Shown in pieces: positions 53,625-62,668 of a stretch of 64,000 nt of DNA (positions within the stretch are counted from its first letter, which is position 1; each line of letters starts with the position of its first letter). Under the pieces are notes generated by a model. The model saw only the letters and a program-made list of their open reading frames with translations, was not told where the DNA came from and ran no database searches. This DNA comes from Candidatus Marinacidobacterales bacterium (lineage in GTDB: Bacteria > Acidobacteriota > Vicinamibacteria > Marinacidobacterales > SMYC01): assembly GCA_965224085.1 (NCBI GenBank), contig CBDCYI010000011.1, forward strand, positions 224,001-288,000. The letters run 5' to 3'. A program made the translations under genes and the position numbers.

Positions 53625-54854
53625 TCAGGGTACCGGCTGCGGTTGAGTTGCATCGGCCGAAGCACCTCTTGCGGGCTTGCGAATGTTCTCTTCCCAATAG
53701 ACCGGTCGGGCGCCGAGAACCGCCGCGCCCGCCGCGAGGCTCATCACGGCAAGAGGCATGAAGGCGTAGCGGTAGGTCCCTTGCGGGTCGTAGATGTAGC
53801 CCACGACAAGCGGGCCGGTGGCGAAGCCGACCGTGAGGCAGGCCGTCAGGACACCGATCGTGCGACCGAGCACCTTGGGACCAAAGCAATGTTTGGACAA
53901 AACGGGGATGTCGACGATCGCACCTCCGTGAGCGAGCCCGCGCGTCAACACCAAGGCCCCGAGCAAAAACGATCCTTGGACCGGTATGGCGATCAGGATC
54001 GAGAGCGCCATGAGCACGTAGCAAATCGTGACGCCTTTCGTGGAGAGCTTGTCATAGACCCAGCGGAAACCGACTTTGCCGAAGATGCTGAAGAGCGCGG
54101 CGGTCGAGGCGGCGCCCGCGGCCGCAGCGAAGCTCAAGCCGACGTCTTTCTCGAGGTAGAGCACGAAATTCTGTGACATGGCCTGATCTACGAAGCCGAT
54201 GAGCAGGACGGCAGCCACCAGCATCCAGAAGCTTCGCTGCCTCAAAATGGTCGAAAAATCGCCGCTGTCTCCGCTCTGCTCCTGGGCTTGCTCGAAGTCC
54301 TCGTCTTTCACGACCCAGAGAAATGCAGGCAGTGCGATGAGCCAAATCCCGGCGCTCATGAGGGCAGCCGCTTCTCGCCAGCCAAGCGTCTCGATGAGAT
54401 ATCTCGCAAGCATAGGGGTCAGCGTGCCGCCGACACTAGTTCCCAACAAGGCAGCACCCATGGCAAAGCCTTGCTGCTCGCGAAAGCGGCGTGACACGAG
54501 CACCTTCATCGAGATCATAACGCCGACGGCACCGAGCCCGAGAAAGAGACCGATGAAGTAGAACATCGTCAGCGATTGGATAGCGAGGAACGCGATGATC
54601 GCAAGGCCGGACAAAGTGCCCGCGAACAGGACGATTTTCCGAATCGACATCCGGTCGAGGAGAACGCCGAAGAGAAGGCCGATGACGGCGCCAGCCCCGA
54701 ACTTCATGCTCACGATGAGCATCACCTGAGTTCGGCTCCACCCGAACTCATCGATGATCGGAGAGTAGAGCACGGGCATCATGAATGTGGGAGCCCCGAA
54801 CATGAAGACAAGGCAGAGAAACGCTGCGAAAACGACCCACCAGTTCTGGGACAA
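53625..54854 (-). CDS. MFS transporter
   Basis: About 12 TM segments, GVLLDRMSIRK, EFGWSR. Confidence 0.85.
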   Translation of the reverse strand: MSQNWWVVFAAFLCLVFMFGAPTFMMPVLYSPIIDEFGWSRTQVMLIVSMKFGAGAVIGLLFGVLLDRMSIRKIVLFAGTLSGLAIIAFLAIQSLTMFYFIGLFLGLGAVGVMISMKVLVSRRFREQQGFAMGAALLGTSVGGTLTPMLARYLIETLGWREAAALMSAGIWLIALPAFLWVVKDEDFEQAQEQSGDSGDFSTILRQRSFWMLVAAVLLIGFVDQAMSQNFVLYLEKDVGLSFAAAAGAASTAALFSIFGKVGFRWVYDKLSTKGVTICYVLMALSILIAIPVQGSFLLGALVLTRGLAHGGAIVDIPVLSKHCFGPKVLGRTIGVLTACLTVGFATGPLVVGYIYDPQGTYRYAFMPLAVMSLAAGAAVLGARPVYWEENIRKPARGASADATQPQPVP

Positions 54855-54868
54855 GCCTCATTCTCCCT

Positions 54869-56134
54869 TCAGCTGCGCATCGTAGCTTCGGCGTGAGCCT
54901 CTGACAAGTGGTCGCGCTCGAGAAGTGTCGCCATGCGAGCCATGCGTGCTTGCGCCCAGAGCCACGTGAGACCGCAACCGAGTGCGCTTCCGAGCACCGT
55001 CCACTGGAGCCCGAAGCTTTCGGAAAGCACGCCAAGGGCGAGCGCGCCCACCGCGGGGCTGACTCGCATGGCCACGCCATAGAGACCCATCACCCGGCCG
55101 CGCATATGGCCGTCCACGGTGTTTTGCACGAGCGTTTGACACGTGATGCTCGTCGCCACGTGACCGAAGCCGATGACGGCCATACAAAGGACTGCGACCA
55201 CGAAGCTATCTGTCGTCGCAAACAACGTCTGGAACACCGCGACGACGAGGAGCGAAGAAACCCCGATGCGGGTGAGGCCAGCCGGGTGGCCGCGTCCAGC
55301 TAGCCAGAGGCTGCTCATGAGCGCGCCGATGCCGACCGCGGCGATCAGGGTCGCGAGGCCTGAAGCACCCTGCTCGAACACCCGATCCGCGAAGGCGGGC
55401 AAGAGGTCGAAGAACGAACGTGCAAAAACAGTCGCAGCAACGATCAAGACCAAGACGGAGCGGACGCCGGCGTGGGTCGTGACATAGCGAAAGCCTTCCT
55501 GGATCTCCGTCCAGATGCTGGCCTCGCTGCGCTCTCTGACTTCGTTTCGAAGCGGCTCGATGCGAAACATGATTCCGAGAAAGAAGAAAAAGCAGAGCGC
55601 GGCGCCCGCAAAGGAGGCAGCGACGCTGAAGGCGGCGATGAGAAACCCGGCTATGGCGGGCCCGATGAAGCGCGCCAAGTTGAACAAGCTCGAGTTGAGG
55701 GCCACCGCGGAGGGGAGATCTTCCAAGCGCACGAGGCTCGGGACGAGAGACAAGCGGACCGGTTGCGCGAAAGCTTGGATGACACCGAGCACGAGAACGA
55801 GCGCGAGCAGAATCTCGGTCTGCAGAAGACCCGTGAACGCGAGGATGGCGAGCGTAGTAGCTTGGACAGACTGCGCGAACTGCGTCCAGCGAATGAGTCG
55901 GATCCGCTCGAAGCGGTCGGCGATGACGCCGCTTACGGGTGCTAAGAAAGTCGCGGGGAGGGCGTCCGCCATCGCCATGATGCCGAGCCACGTGGCAGAC
56001 TCCGTGAGCTCCCAAGTGAGCCAACCAACGCCGACTTTCTGTAGCCAGAAGCCGACTAGAGAGATCGAGCTTCCTGTCGCGTAGAGTCGATAGCTGCGAT
56101 TCTTGAGTGCGTGCCCTATACCGTCGAAAATCAA
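54869..56134 (-). CDS. MFS transporter (DUF894-type)
   Basis: GVIADRFER, AVALNS..FNLARFIGPAIAG, MRGRVM. Confidence 0.88.
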   Translation of the reverse strand: MIFDGIGHALKNRSYRLYATGSSISLVGFWLQKVGVGWLTWELTESATWLGIMAMADALPATFLAPVSGVIADRFERIRLIRWTQFAQSVQATTLAILAFTGLLQTEILLALVLVLGVIQAFAQPVRLSLVPSLVRLEDLPSAVALNSSLFNLARFIGPAIAGFLIAAFSVAASFAGAALCFFFFLGIMFRIEPLRNEVRERSEASIWTEIQEGFRYVTTHAGVRSVLVLIVAATVFARSFFDLLPAFADRVFEQGASGLATLIAAVGIGALMSSLWLAGRGHPAGLTRIGVSSLLVVAVFQTLFATTDSFVVAVLCMAVIGFGHVATSITCQTLVQNTVDGHMRGRVMGLYGVAMRVSPAVGALALGVLSESFGLQWTVLGSALGCGLTWLWAQARMARMATLLERDHLSEAHAEATMRS

Positions 56135-56183
56135 AGCGATGGATCTTACTACACTCGCGGCCTGTGCTATTCTCCGCCGAAAG

Positions 56184-56449
56184 ATGCCAGATGCGATGAC
56201 TTTACCGACCGACGCGGCGTGGAAGGCCATCGAAGGTGCGTTCGATCTTCAAGTGCACGTCGCGCCGGACGTGATCGAGCGCCGCACCGACGACATCGAC
56301 CTCGCGCGTGATTTTTTGAACCGCGGGCTCAAAGGCTTCGTGCTCAAGTCCCACTACGTTCCCACCGCGGAGCGCGCCCAGGTGGTGGCCCGAGCGAGCA
56401 CGTGGCACAGATGGCCGTCGTCAACACCGCGCGGCTCGTCGAGCTTTGA
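56184..56449 (+). pseudogene. DUF6282-like metallo-hydrolase collapsed by internal deletion
   Basis: GAFDLQVHVAPD, VLKSHYVPTAERA, then out-of-frame QMAVVNTARLVEL*. Confidence 0.65.
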
Positions 56450-56484
56450 CCAGGCCAGCCTCAAAAGGACGAGGGGAGGCGCCC

Positions 56485-56922
56485 ATGAGTGTTGAGCATT
56501 CGGATAACGTGCTCGCCTCCGTCCACGTCTTGTCGAACCGCATCACGCGCGCATTCGAATCGAGGATCGAGGCGCGCTACCGGATCGCCGTCGCGGAGTG
56601 GCGCGTGTTGTTGAGCCTTTTCGGCACGTCGGGTCTGACGGCCAAAGAAATTCACGAGCAGTGGGCGATGGACAAGATGACCGTGAGTCGCGCCGTCCGG
56701 CGTCTCGAGCAAGACGGCCGAGTGAAGCGGCACCGTCATCCCGAGGACGGCCGGAGCTTCGTCTTGGTCGCCACGTCGCGCGGCGTACGGCTTGTGAAGA
56801 AGATCCTTCCGACCGCCGATGTCCGCTACCGCGAAGTCCTTTCCTGTCTCAGCGGACGCGAGCGCACCGCGCTCGAGCGGATGCTAGCGAAGCTCCTTCG
56901 CCACACCGCGAGGTTGAAATAG
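56485..56922 (+). CDS. MarR-family regulator
   Basis: EWRVL, MDKMTVSRAVRRL, HPEDGRS; RBS GAGGGGAGG. Confidence 0.9.
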   Translation: MSVEHSDNVLASVHVLSNRITRAFESRIEARYRIAVAEWRVLLSLFGTSGLTAKEIHEQWAMDKMTVSRAVRRLEQDGRVKRHRHPEDGRSFVLVATSRGVRLVKKILPTADVRYREVLSCLSGRERTALERMLAKLLRHTARLK

Positions 56923-56929
56923 GCCTAAC

Positions 56930-56947
56930 TAGTATCATGTGATACTA
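56930..56947. promoter_or_regulatory. Palindromic operator, probably for MarR
   Basis: TAGTATCA-TG-TGATACTA, ahead of an RBS GGGAGG and ATG at 56967. Confidence 0.65.
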
Positions 56948-57009
56948 TATTGCCGGGAGGTCCGCTATGGTTTGGTTTCTCGTCCCGCAAAAGGCCGATG
57001 CATTTAGGC

Positions 57010-57277
57010 CGCTACCTCCGCGAAAGCCGCCGAAGGTCGGGACGGCGCGGCGATCGAGATCGAAGATCATGGCGCGGGGATACCGGCTTCCGACCTCCCG
57101 CATATCTTCGAGCCGTTCTACCGTGGCCGGCAGGCGCGCGACGACCAAATCGAAGGTAGCGGGATCGGTCTGAGCCTCGTGAAGCATGTGATCGACGCTC
57201 ATGGCGGTACCATCGAGGTCACGAGTCCAGAAGGCGGCGGCAGCCGCTTCACACTCCTACTGCCCGCGGGCGCCTGA
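57010..57277 (+). pseudogene. Sensor histidine kinase HATPase fragment
   Basis: IEDHGAGIP..LPHIFEPFYR, GSGIGLSLV, HGG, GSRF. Confidence 0.85.
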
Positions 57278-57280
57278 GCG

Positions 57281-57964
57281 ATGGCGGGCCGTGTGCTCGT
57301 GATCGAGGACGAGCCTGGGCTGGTGCTTGCTTTGACCGACCGCCTCGGGAGCGTCGGCTACGATGTCGACTGCGCCACCGATGGCGAGACGGGCCTCGAA
57401 CGCGCGATCGACAATGCCTATGACGTCATCATCCTGGACATCATGCTGCCGCGCAAGGACGGCTTCGAAGTCTGCCGCGATTTGAGAAAAAAGGGAGTGA
57501 CGTCGGCTATCCTCATGCTCACGACGCGCGACCGCACCTCTGACAAAGTCGTCGGCCTGAAGCTCGGCGCGGACGACTATCTGACCAAACCGTTCGAATC
57601 CGCCGAGCTATTGGCCCGGATCGAAGCGCTCTTGCGGCGCGTCCCGGCGGCAAGCCAGCTTCCGGACCCGTACCGCTTCGGCGATGTCGAGGTGAAGATT
57701 CGGAGTGCCGCCGTGAGCCGCGATGGCAAGCCCGTCAAACTGTCCGCGCGCGAGTTTACGCTATTGAAGCACTTCATCGAGCATCGCGGGGACGTTTTGT
57801 CGCGCGATGAGCTTCTCGACGCCGTATGGGGCTACAACTTCATCCCGAGCACTCGCACGGTCGATGTCCACGTGGCGTGGCTGCGACAAAAGCTCGAAGT
57901 GGACTCGCGCGCTCCGCGCTTCATCGTGACCGTCCACGGCCTCGGCTACCGCTTCGAAGGCTAG
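57281..57964 (+). CDS. OmpR-family response regulator
   Basis: IEDE, LDIMLP, GADDYLTKPF, RTVDVHVAWLRQKLE, GLGYRF. Confidence 0.93.
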   Translation: MAGRVLVIEDEPGLVLALTDRLGSVGYDVDCATDGETGLERAIDNAYDVIILDIMLPRKDGFEVCRDLRKKGVTSAILMLTTRDRTSDKVVGLKLGADDYLTKPFESAELLARIEALLRRVPAASQLPDPYRFGDVEVKIRSAAVSRDGKPVKLSAREFTLLKHFIEHRGDVLSRDELLDAVWGYNFIPSTRTVDVHVAWLRQKLEVDSRAPRFIVTVHGLGYRFEG

Positions 57965-57967
57965 TCC

Positions 57968-58015
57968 CGCCTACGCCCGCCTACGCCCGCCTACGCCCTG
58001 CGGGCTTCGGCGAGG
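57968..58015. repeat. REP-like element with a 10-bp unit triplicated
   Basis: (CGCCTACGCC)x3 followed by CTGCGGGCTTCGGCGAGG. Confidence 0.6.
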
Positions 58016-58253
58016 TAGGGATGTGGCATCGGCGTGGAGCACCGCGCTGACGATGACGTTCGCAACGATCCAGCCGATCGTTCCGAAGACTCGGATGATG
58101 GGGAACTGCTTCTCCTTGTCGGTAGTGTGGTGAAAGATCGTTGTTGTAGATCTCGAGCATCGAGCCGGCGGAATATCCGAGCGCGAGAATAACGATGAGT
58201 GCCGAGCCCACGATAGCCCACGGTAGCAAGGATTTCGTGTCACGCGATGCCAT
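58016..58253 (-). pseudogene. Nucleoside permease (NupG-like) fragment
   Basis: FHH..DKEKQFPIIRVFGTIGWIVA. Confidence 0.7.
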
Positions 58254-58338
58254 GGTCGCCTTCGTTGACCTGAGTATAGAGCGAAGTCCGCGCGCTGGCC
58301 AGTGTGCTTCGTGTAGAATCTAGCGCTTTGGTTTCCGC

Positions 58339-60717
58339 ATGAGAGACATTTTTCCCGCTATTTTTATTTTGGTTAGCCCGCTTTTTACGTCCGCACAGAC
58401 GATTGACTACCGAACGGCGCATTTGGAGCGAAAGCTGCCCGCCGTCCGCGCCGAGCGGACGATCCTCATCGACGGCGTGCTCGATGAAGACGCTTGGAAG
58501 AAAGCGCCGGTCGCCACCAACTTCATTCAGCGTGAGCCCCAAGAAGGCGCGCCCGCGACTTACGACACCGACGTTCGCATTCTCTACGACGACGAGCATC
58601 TCTATGTCGGCGTGGTCGCTTTCGATGACGAGCCCGAAAATCTCATCGCCACCGACCTCACGCGCGACTACAACACCCGTGCCGTCGACTCGTTCGCGAT
58701 CGTCCTCGACACGTTCCATGACCGCCGCAACAGCTACATGTTCCAGACGAATCCCCTTGGCGCGAAGATGGACGGTCAGAGCTTCAACGAAGGCCAGTCT
58801 TTCGACGTCAACTGGGACGGTGTGTGGTATGTGAAAAGCCGCATCGTCGACAACGGCTGGGTAGCCGAGTACGCCATTCCTTTCAAAACGGTGAAATTCC
58901 GCGGACGCGACGAGCAGACCTGGGGCATCAATTTTGCGCGGCGCAATCGACGCTTGAACGAAGAAAGCGACTGGGCGCCCATTCCCCGTATCTTCACGAC
59001 GACGCGCGTCTCGCTCGCGGGCACACTCGATGGGCTCCAGAACATCAAGCCCGCGTCGAGGTTCAAGGTCACACCTTATGCCCGGGGCGACGTCTCGAAA
59101 ACACTCGGTTTCGATCGGACCGCGGACGGGACCGGGGGGCTCGACGCGAAGATCGGCATTGGCAACGGACTCACGCTCGATTTGACCGCAAATACGGATT
59201 TCTCCGAGGTCGAGGCGGACGTTCAACGAGTGAACTAATAAGAAACTCAGGGTGTAGCGTTTGGGGGCAGTGACGTCAAAACCGAGCTCCCTCAGGCGTC
59301 GTGTTGAGCCGGTGCCACCTCCAGAGACTACCGCGTTTCATTCATTCGGGGTGGCCGTCAGGCCGTGGAAAACTTGACGCGTTTCAGTCTTTTTTTTCCC
59401 GAGAAGCGCGACTTCTTTCTGGAGAACTCCGGTGTGTTCCGCTTCGGGCCGCCGGAGGACCCTCGCCGCCGGCGATTTCGGCGCTCGTTCGGTCTCAGTG
59501 GGGGCAGTCTCGCCGGCGGGCAAAGCCGCGGCAACGATCTTCTATTGTTTTTCAGCCGTCGTATCGGCCTCGCGAGCGAGGGGGAGCCCATCCCCGTCAT
59601 TGGCGGCGGCCGCCTCACCGGTCGCTCCGGTCCCTACGAGCTGGGCTTTTTGAACATCCAGACCGGAAAAGAGCCGCTCATCTCGAACGGGTCGAACGGG
59701 TCGAACGGGGACAACTTCACGGTGGCCCGCGTGAAGCGCAATATCTTCCAAAATTCGGATATCGGGTTCATGTTCATCAATCGAGAGACGATGGACTCCG
59801 ATCATTTCAATCGCAGCATTGGCGCCGACGCGAATTTGAGGCTCAGCGCTCAGATGGATGTCAATGCCTATATCGCGAAGACGGCGACCCCGGATTTGGA
59901 GGGGGACGATCTTGCGGGCCGGGTCGCGTATAGCTATAACAGCCGCTCGATTATTTTCTCGTCTTCGTTCTCGACGCTACAGGACAACTTCAATCCCGAA
60001 GTCGGCTTCGCACCGCGCACTGGTGTGCGCCGCGCGAGCGGCAGGTTTCAATACAATTACCGCCAGCCTTGGGCGCGCGACACGCTGCGCGAGCTCAGCG
60101 CGACCGCCGAGGGAGACTACTTCACGGATCAGGAAAGTAACGTCGTCAGTCGCTATTTCAATTTACGTTTGACTCTCCGGCTCCAGAACGGAGGGGTCAT
60201 CGGTATCACACGCAACGCGAACCTCGAGCAACTTTCGGAGTCCTTCGAGATCCAACCCGACGTCACCATCGAGCCGGGCTTCTTTACATTCGACGACACT
60301 TCCATTTTTGTCTTCACCGATCCGAGCCGCTTGGTTTCGAGCAATGTCCGCATTACGCGAGGCGGTTTCTATTCGGGGACGAAAACCTCCTATTCGCTGG
60401 GAGCTTCTTTGAAGCTCGGTCCGCGATTCACCGCGCAAGCCAGTTGGGCGCTCAACGACGTCGATCTCGCCGAAGGTGCGTTCACCACGCATCTTCTGAC
60501 AACGCGCGCGAGCTACAGCTTCAGCCCATCGATGTTCGTTAACGCCTTGATTCAGTACAACAGCATCACGGATGAGCTCTCGAGCAACGTGCGTTTCAAT
60601 ATTATCCATCGTCCCTTGTCGGATATTTTTGTCGTGTACAACGATCTCCGAGACGATCAGGGCCGCGTGGTCGATCGCGCGCTCATCGCGAAATTTACTT
60701 ATCTGTTCGATTTCTAG
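58339..60717 (+). pseudogene. CBM9-like/DUF5916 outer-membrane protein split by a 138-bp insertion
   Basis: IDGVLDE..W, EYAIPF, TANTDFSEVEADVQRVN | LTRFSLFFPEKRDFFLE, C-terminal KFTYLFDF. Confidence 0.88.
59237..59374. mobile_element. Short insertion without terminal IRs, AACT direct repeat
   Basis: Removing it restores GTG AAC TTG ACG CGT TTC (VNLTRF). Confidence 0.7.
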
Positions 60718-60727
60718 GAGGACCGTC

Positions 60728-62164
60728 ATGTTTTGGAAGAGGCGCTTGTTCATCGGTTTTGGCCTAGTTATTAGCATTGGCATTATCACTCTCACTTCCG
60801 CGACGACGCGCGCTCAATCCAGCCTTGCCGATGACTACCGAGAGGCCGCGGGCCGCGTGATCGGCGCCGCCATGACCGACGTCGAAGGCTGGGAGAAGCT
60901 CGAGCACCTTACGATCGATATCGGCCATCGATTGAGCGGATCCTCTGGGCTCGAGCGCGCCATCGATTGGGCTTTCGATCGCATGAAGCGCGAGGAGCTT
61001 CACGTGCAAAAACTTCCGGTGAAAGTGCCGCATTGGGTGCGGGGCGAGGAATCCGCGCGGCTCCTAGCACCTGTCGAGCGCGCACTACCGATCTTGGGAC
61101 TCGGCCTGAGCGTCGGAACGCCCGCGGCCGGCATCAATGCGCACGTCGTCGCGGTCACGAGCTTCGATGAGCTCGACGCACTCGGACGCGAGAAAGTCGA
61201 AGGGAAGATCGTCCTCTTTGCGGTCCCGTGGATGGGCTATGGACACACCGTGCGTTACCGCTCCGCGGGTGCCTCCCGAGCGGCGGCGCTCGGGGCGGTC
61301 GCGGCACTCGTGCGCTCGGCCACCGGCCGCAGCTTGAGCACACCGCATACCGGCGCGATGCGCTACGACGAAACGTTTCCAAAGATTCCTGCGGCTGCCG
61401 TAACCGTCGAAGATGCCGAATGGATGCGACTCGCGATCGATCACGGACAGGACGTGCGTGTGCATCTTTCGATGGGCGCTCAGATGCTTCCGGACGCGGA
61501 CTCGTTCAATCTCGTCGCCGAGATCCCAGGGCGCGAGCTGCCGGACGAGGTGGTCGTCATGGGCGGACATTTCGACTCGTGGGATGTCGGGCAGGGTGCT
61601 CACGATGACGGGGCGGCCTGCATGGCTGCATGGCATGCGCTGACACTCGTGCATCGTCTCGGCCTAAGGCCGCGACGGACGCTGCGCGTGGTGCTGTGGA
61701 CGAACGAGGAGAACGGTCTCCGCGGGGGGAGGGCTTATCGCGAGTGGGTGGGCGACCGAATCGACACTCATGTCGCCGCTATCGAGATGGATGGTGGGGC
61801 CGAGCGGCCGATCGGTTTCGGCGTCGGCTTGCGTATAGGCGAGGGCGACGGCTCGGATGCGGCCTACCAACGCGCGCTCGAGCTGCTGACGCCCATCGGG
61901 TCGCTACTCGACGGGATCGACGCTGGCATCATGCAACGCGGCGGCGGGGGCGCGGATATCGGACCTTTGATGAATGATGGTGTTCCCGGACTCGCCCTCC
62001 GCACCGTCGGTGAGCACTACTTCGATTGGCACCATACCCAGGCGGACACGCTCGACAAAGTGGACCTTCAGGATTTCCGGCGCGCCATCGCGATGCTAGG
62101 AGTCGTCGGCTATGTGCTCGCCGACATGCCGGGCACGCTGCCGCGTGGCTCGGGCAAAAAATAA
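60728..62164 (+). CDS. M28 peptidase (carboxypeptidase Q-like)
   Basis: IGHRLSGS, VPHWVRG, PHTG, GGHFDSWDVGQGAHDDG, NEENG, HHTQADT. Confidence 0.9.
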   Translation: MFWKRRLFIGFGLVISIGIITLTSATTRAQSSLADDYREAAGRVIGAAMTDVEGWEKLEHLTIDIGHRLSGSSGLERAIDWAFDRMKREELHVQKLPVKVPHWVRGEESARLLAPVERALPILGLGLSVGTPAAGINAHVVAVTSFDELDALGREKVEGKIVLFAVPWMGYGHTVRYRSAGASRAAALGAVAALVRSATGRSLSTPHTGAMRYDETFPKIPAAAVTVEDAEWMRLAIDHGQDVRVHLSMGAQMLPDADSFNLVAEIPGRELPDEVVVMGGHFDSWDVGQGAHDDGAACMAAWHALTLVHRLGLRPRRTLRVVLWTNEENGLRGGRAYREWVGDRIDTHVAAIEMDGGAERPIGFGVGLRIGEGDGSDAAYQRALELLTPIGSLLDGIDAGIMQRGGGGADIGPLMNDGVPGLALRTVGEHYFDWHHTQADTLDKVDLQDFRRAIAMLGVVGYVLADMPGTLPRGSGKK

Positions 62165-62238
62165 TTTTGACAGGATTAGTCATGATCGGTACGAGGCAGT
62201 TGATGGCGGTACCGTGTCGCAATCGAAGTTGGAACAGC

Positions 62239-62668
62239 TCAAGCCCCGAGCTCCATCTCTTCGAGCGAGCCCGCCACGAGCACCCGGTCCAAGTAAGCAT
62301 CCAGCTCTTCGAGCGATTCCAACGCTCGTACTCGGGCCGCGGTCTCCTGGGGAAGAGGACCAAACCTGGAATTGAGGAACCGTAGCAACGTATCGCGCTT
62401 TCCTTCGAGAAGGCCCTCTTCACGCCCCTTCTCCATCATTTTGTCAGCCCAGGTGAGTTCCATCTCTTGTGCCTCCCGATACTCGTCTTTCGATAGTAGC
62501 CCGCGAAAGCTTTCCTCCTGATGGGCAGCGAGCTCAAAATAGGTCTCGATGACGTTCACCAACAGGAACTTCGGCGCATCGTCCAAATCGCTCTTTCCAA
62601 CCCGCTGCATCATCGAGGCCTTGAGCAGAGGCTCGTCGACGTGGCGGCGGTCCATCAGAGCCGCTAGC
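62239..62668 (-). pseudogene. Rpn/DUF4351-type protein, 3' part, interrupted by IS1634
   Basis: TWADKMMEKGREEGLLEG...RFGPLP...LEELDAYLDRVL.A.SLEE. Confidence 0.75.

Noticed and set aside
57968-57997. CRISPR array
   Set aside because: Directly abutting 10-bp units without spacers. No repeat-spacer array or cas gene was seen anywhere in the window.
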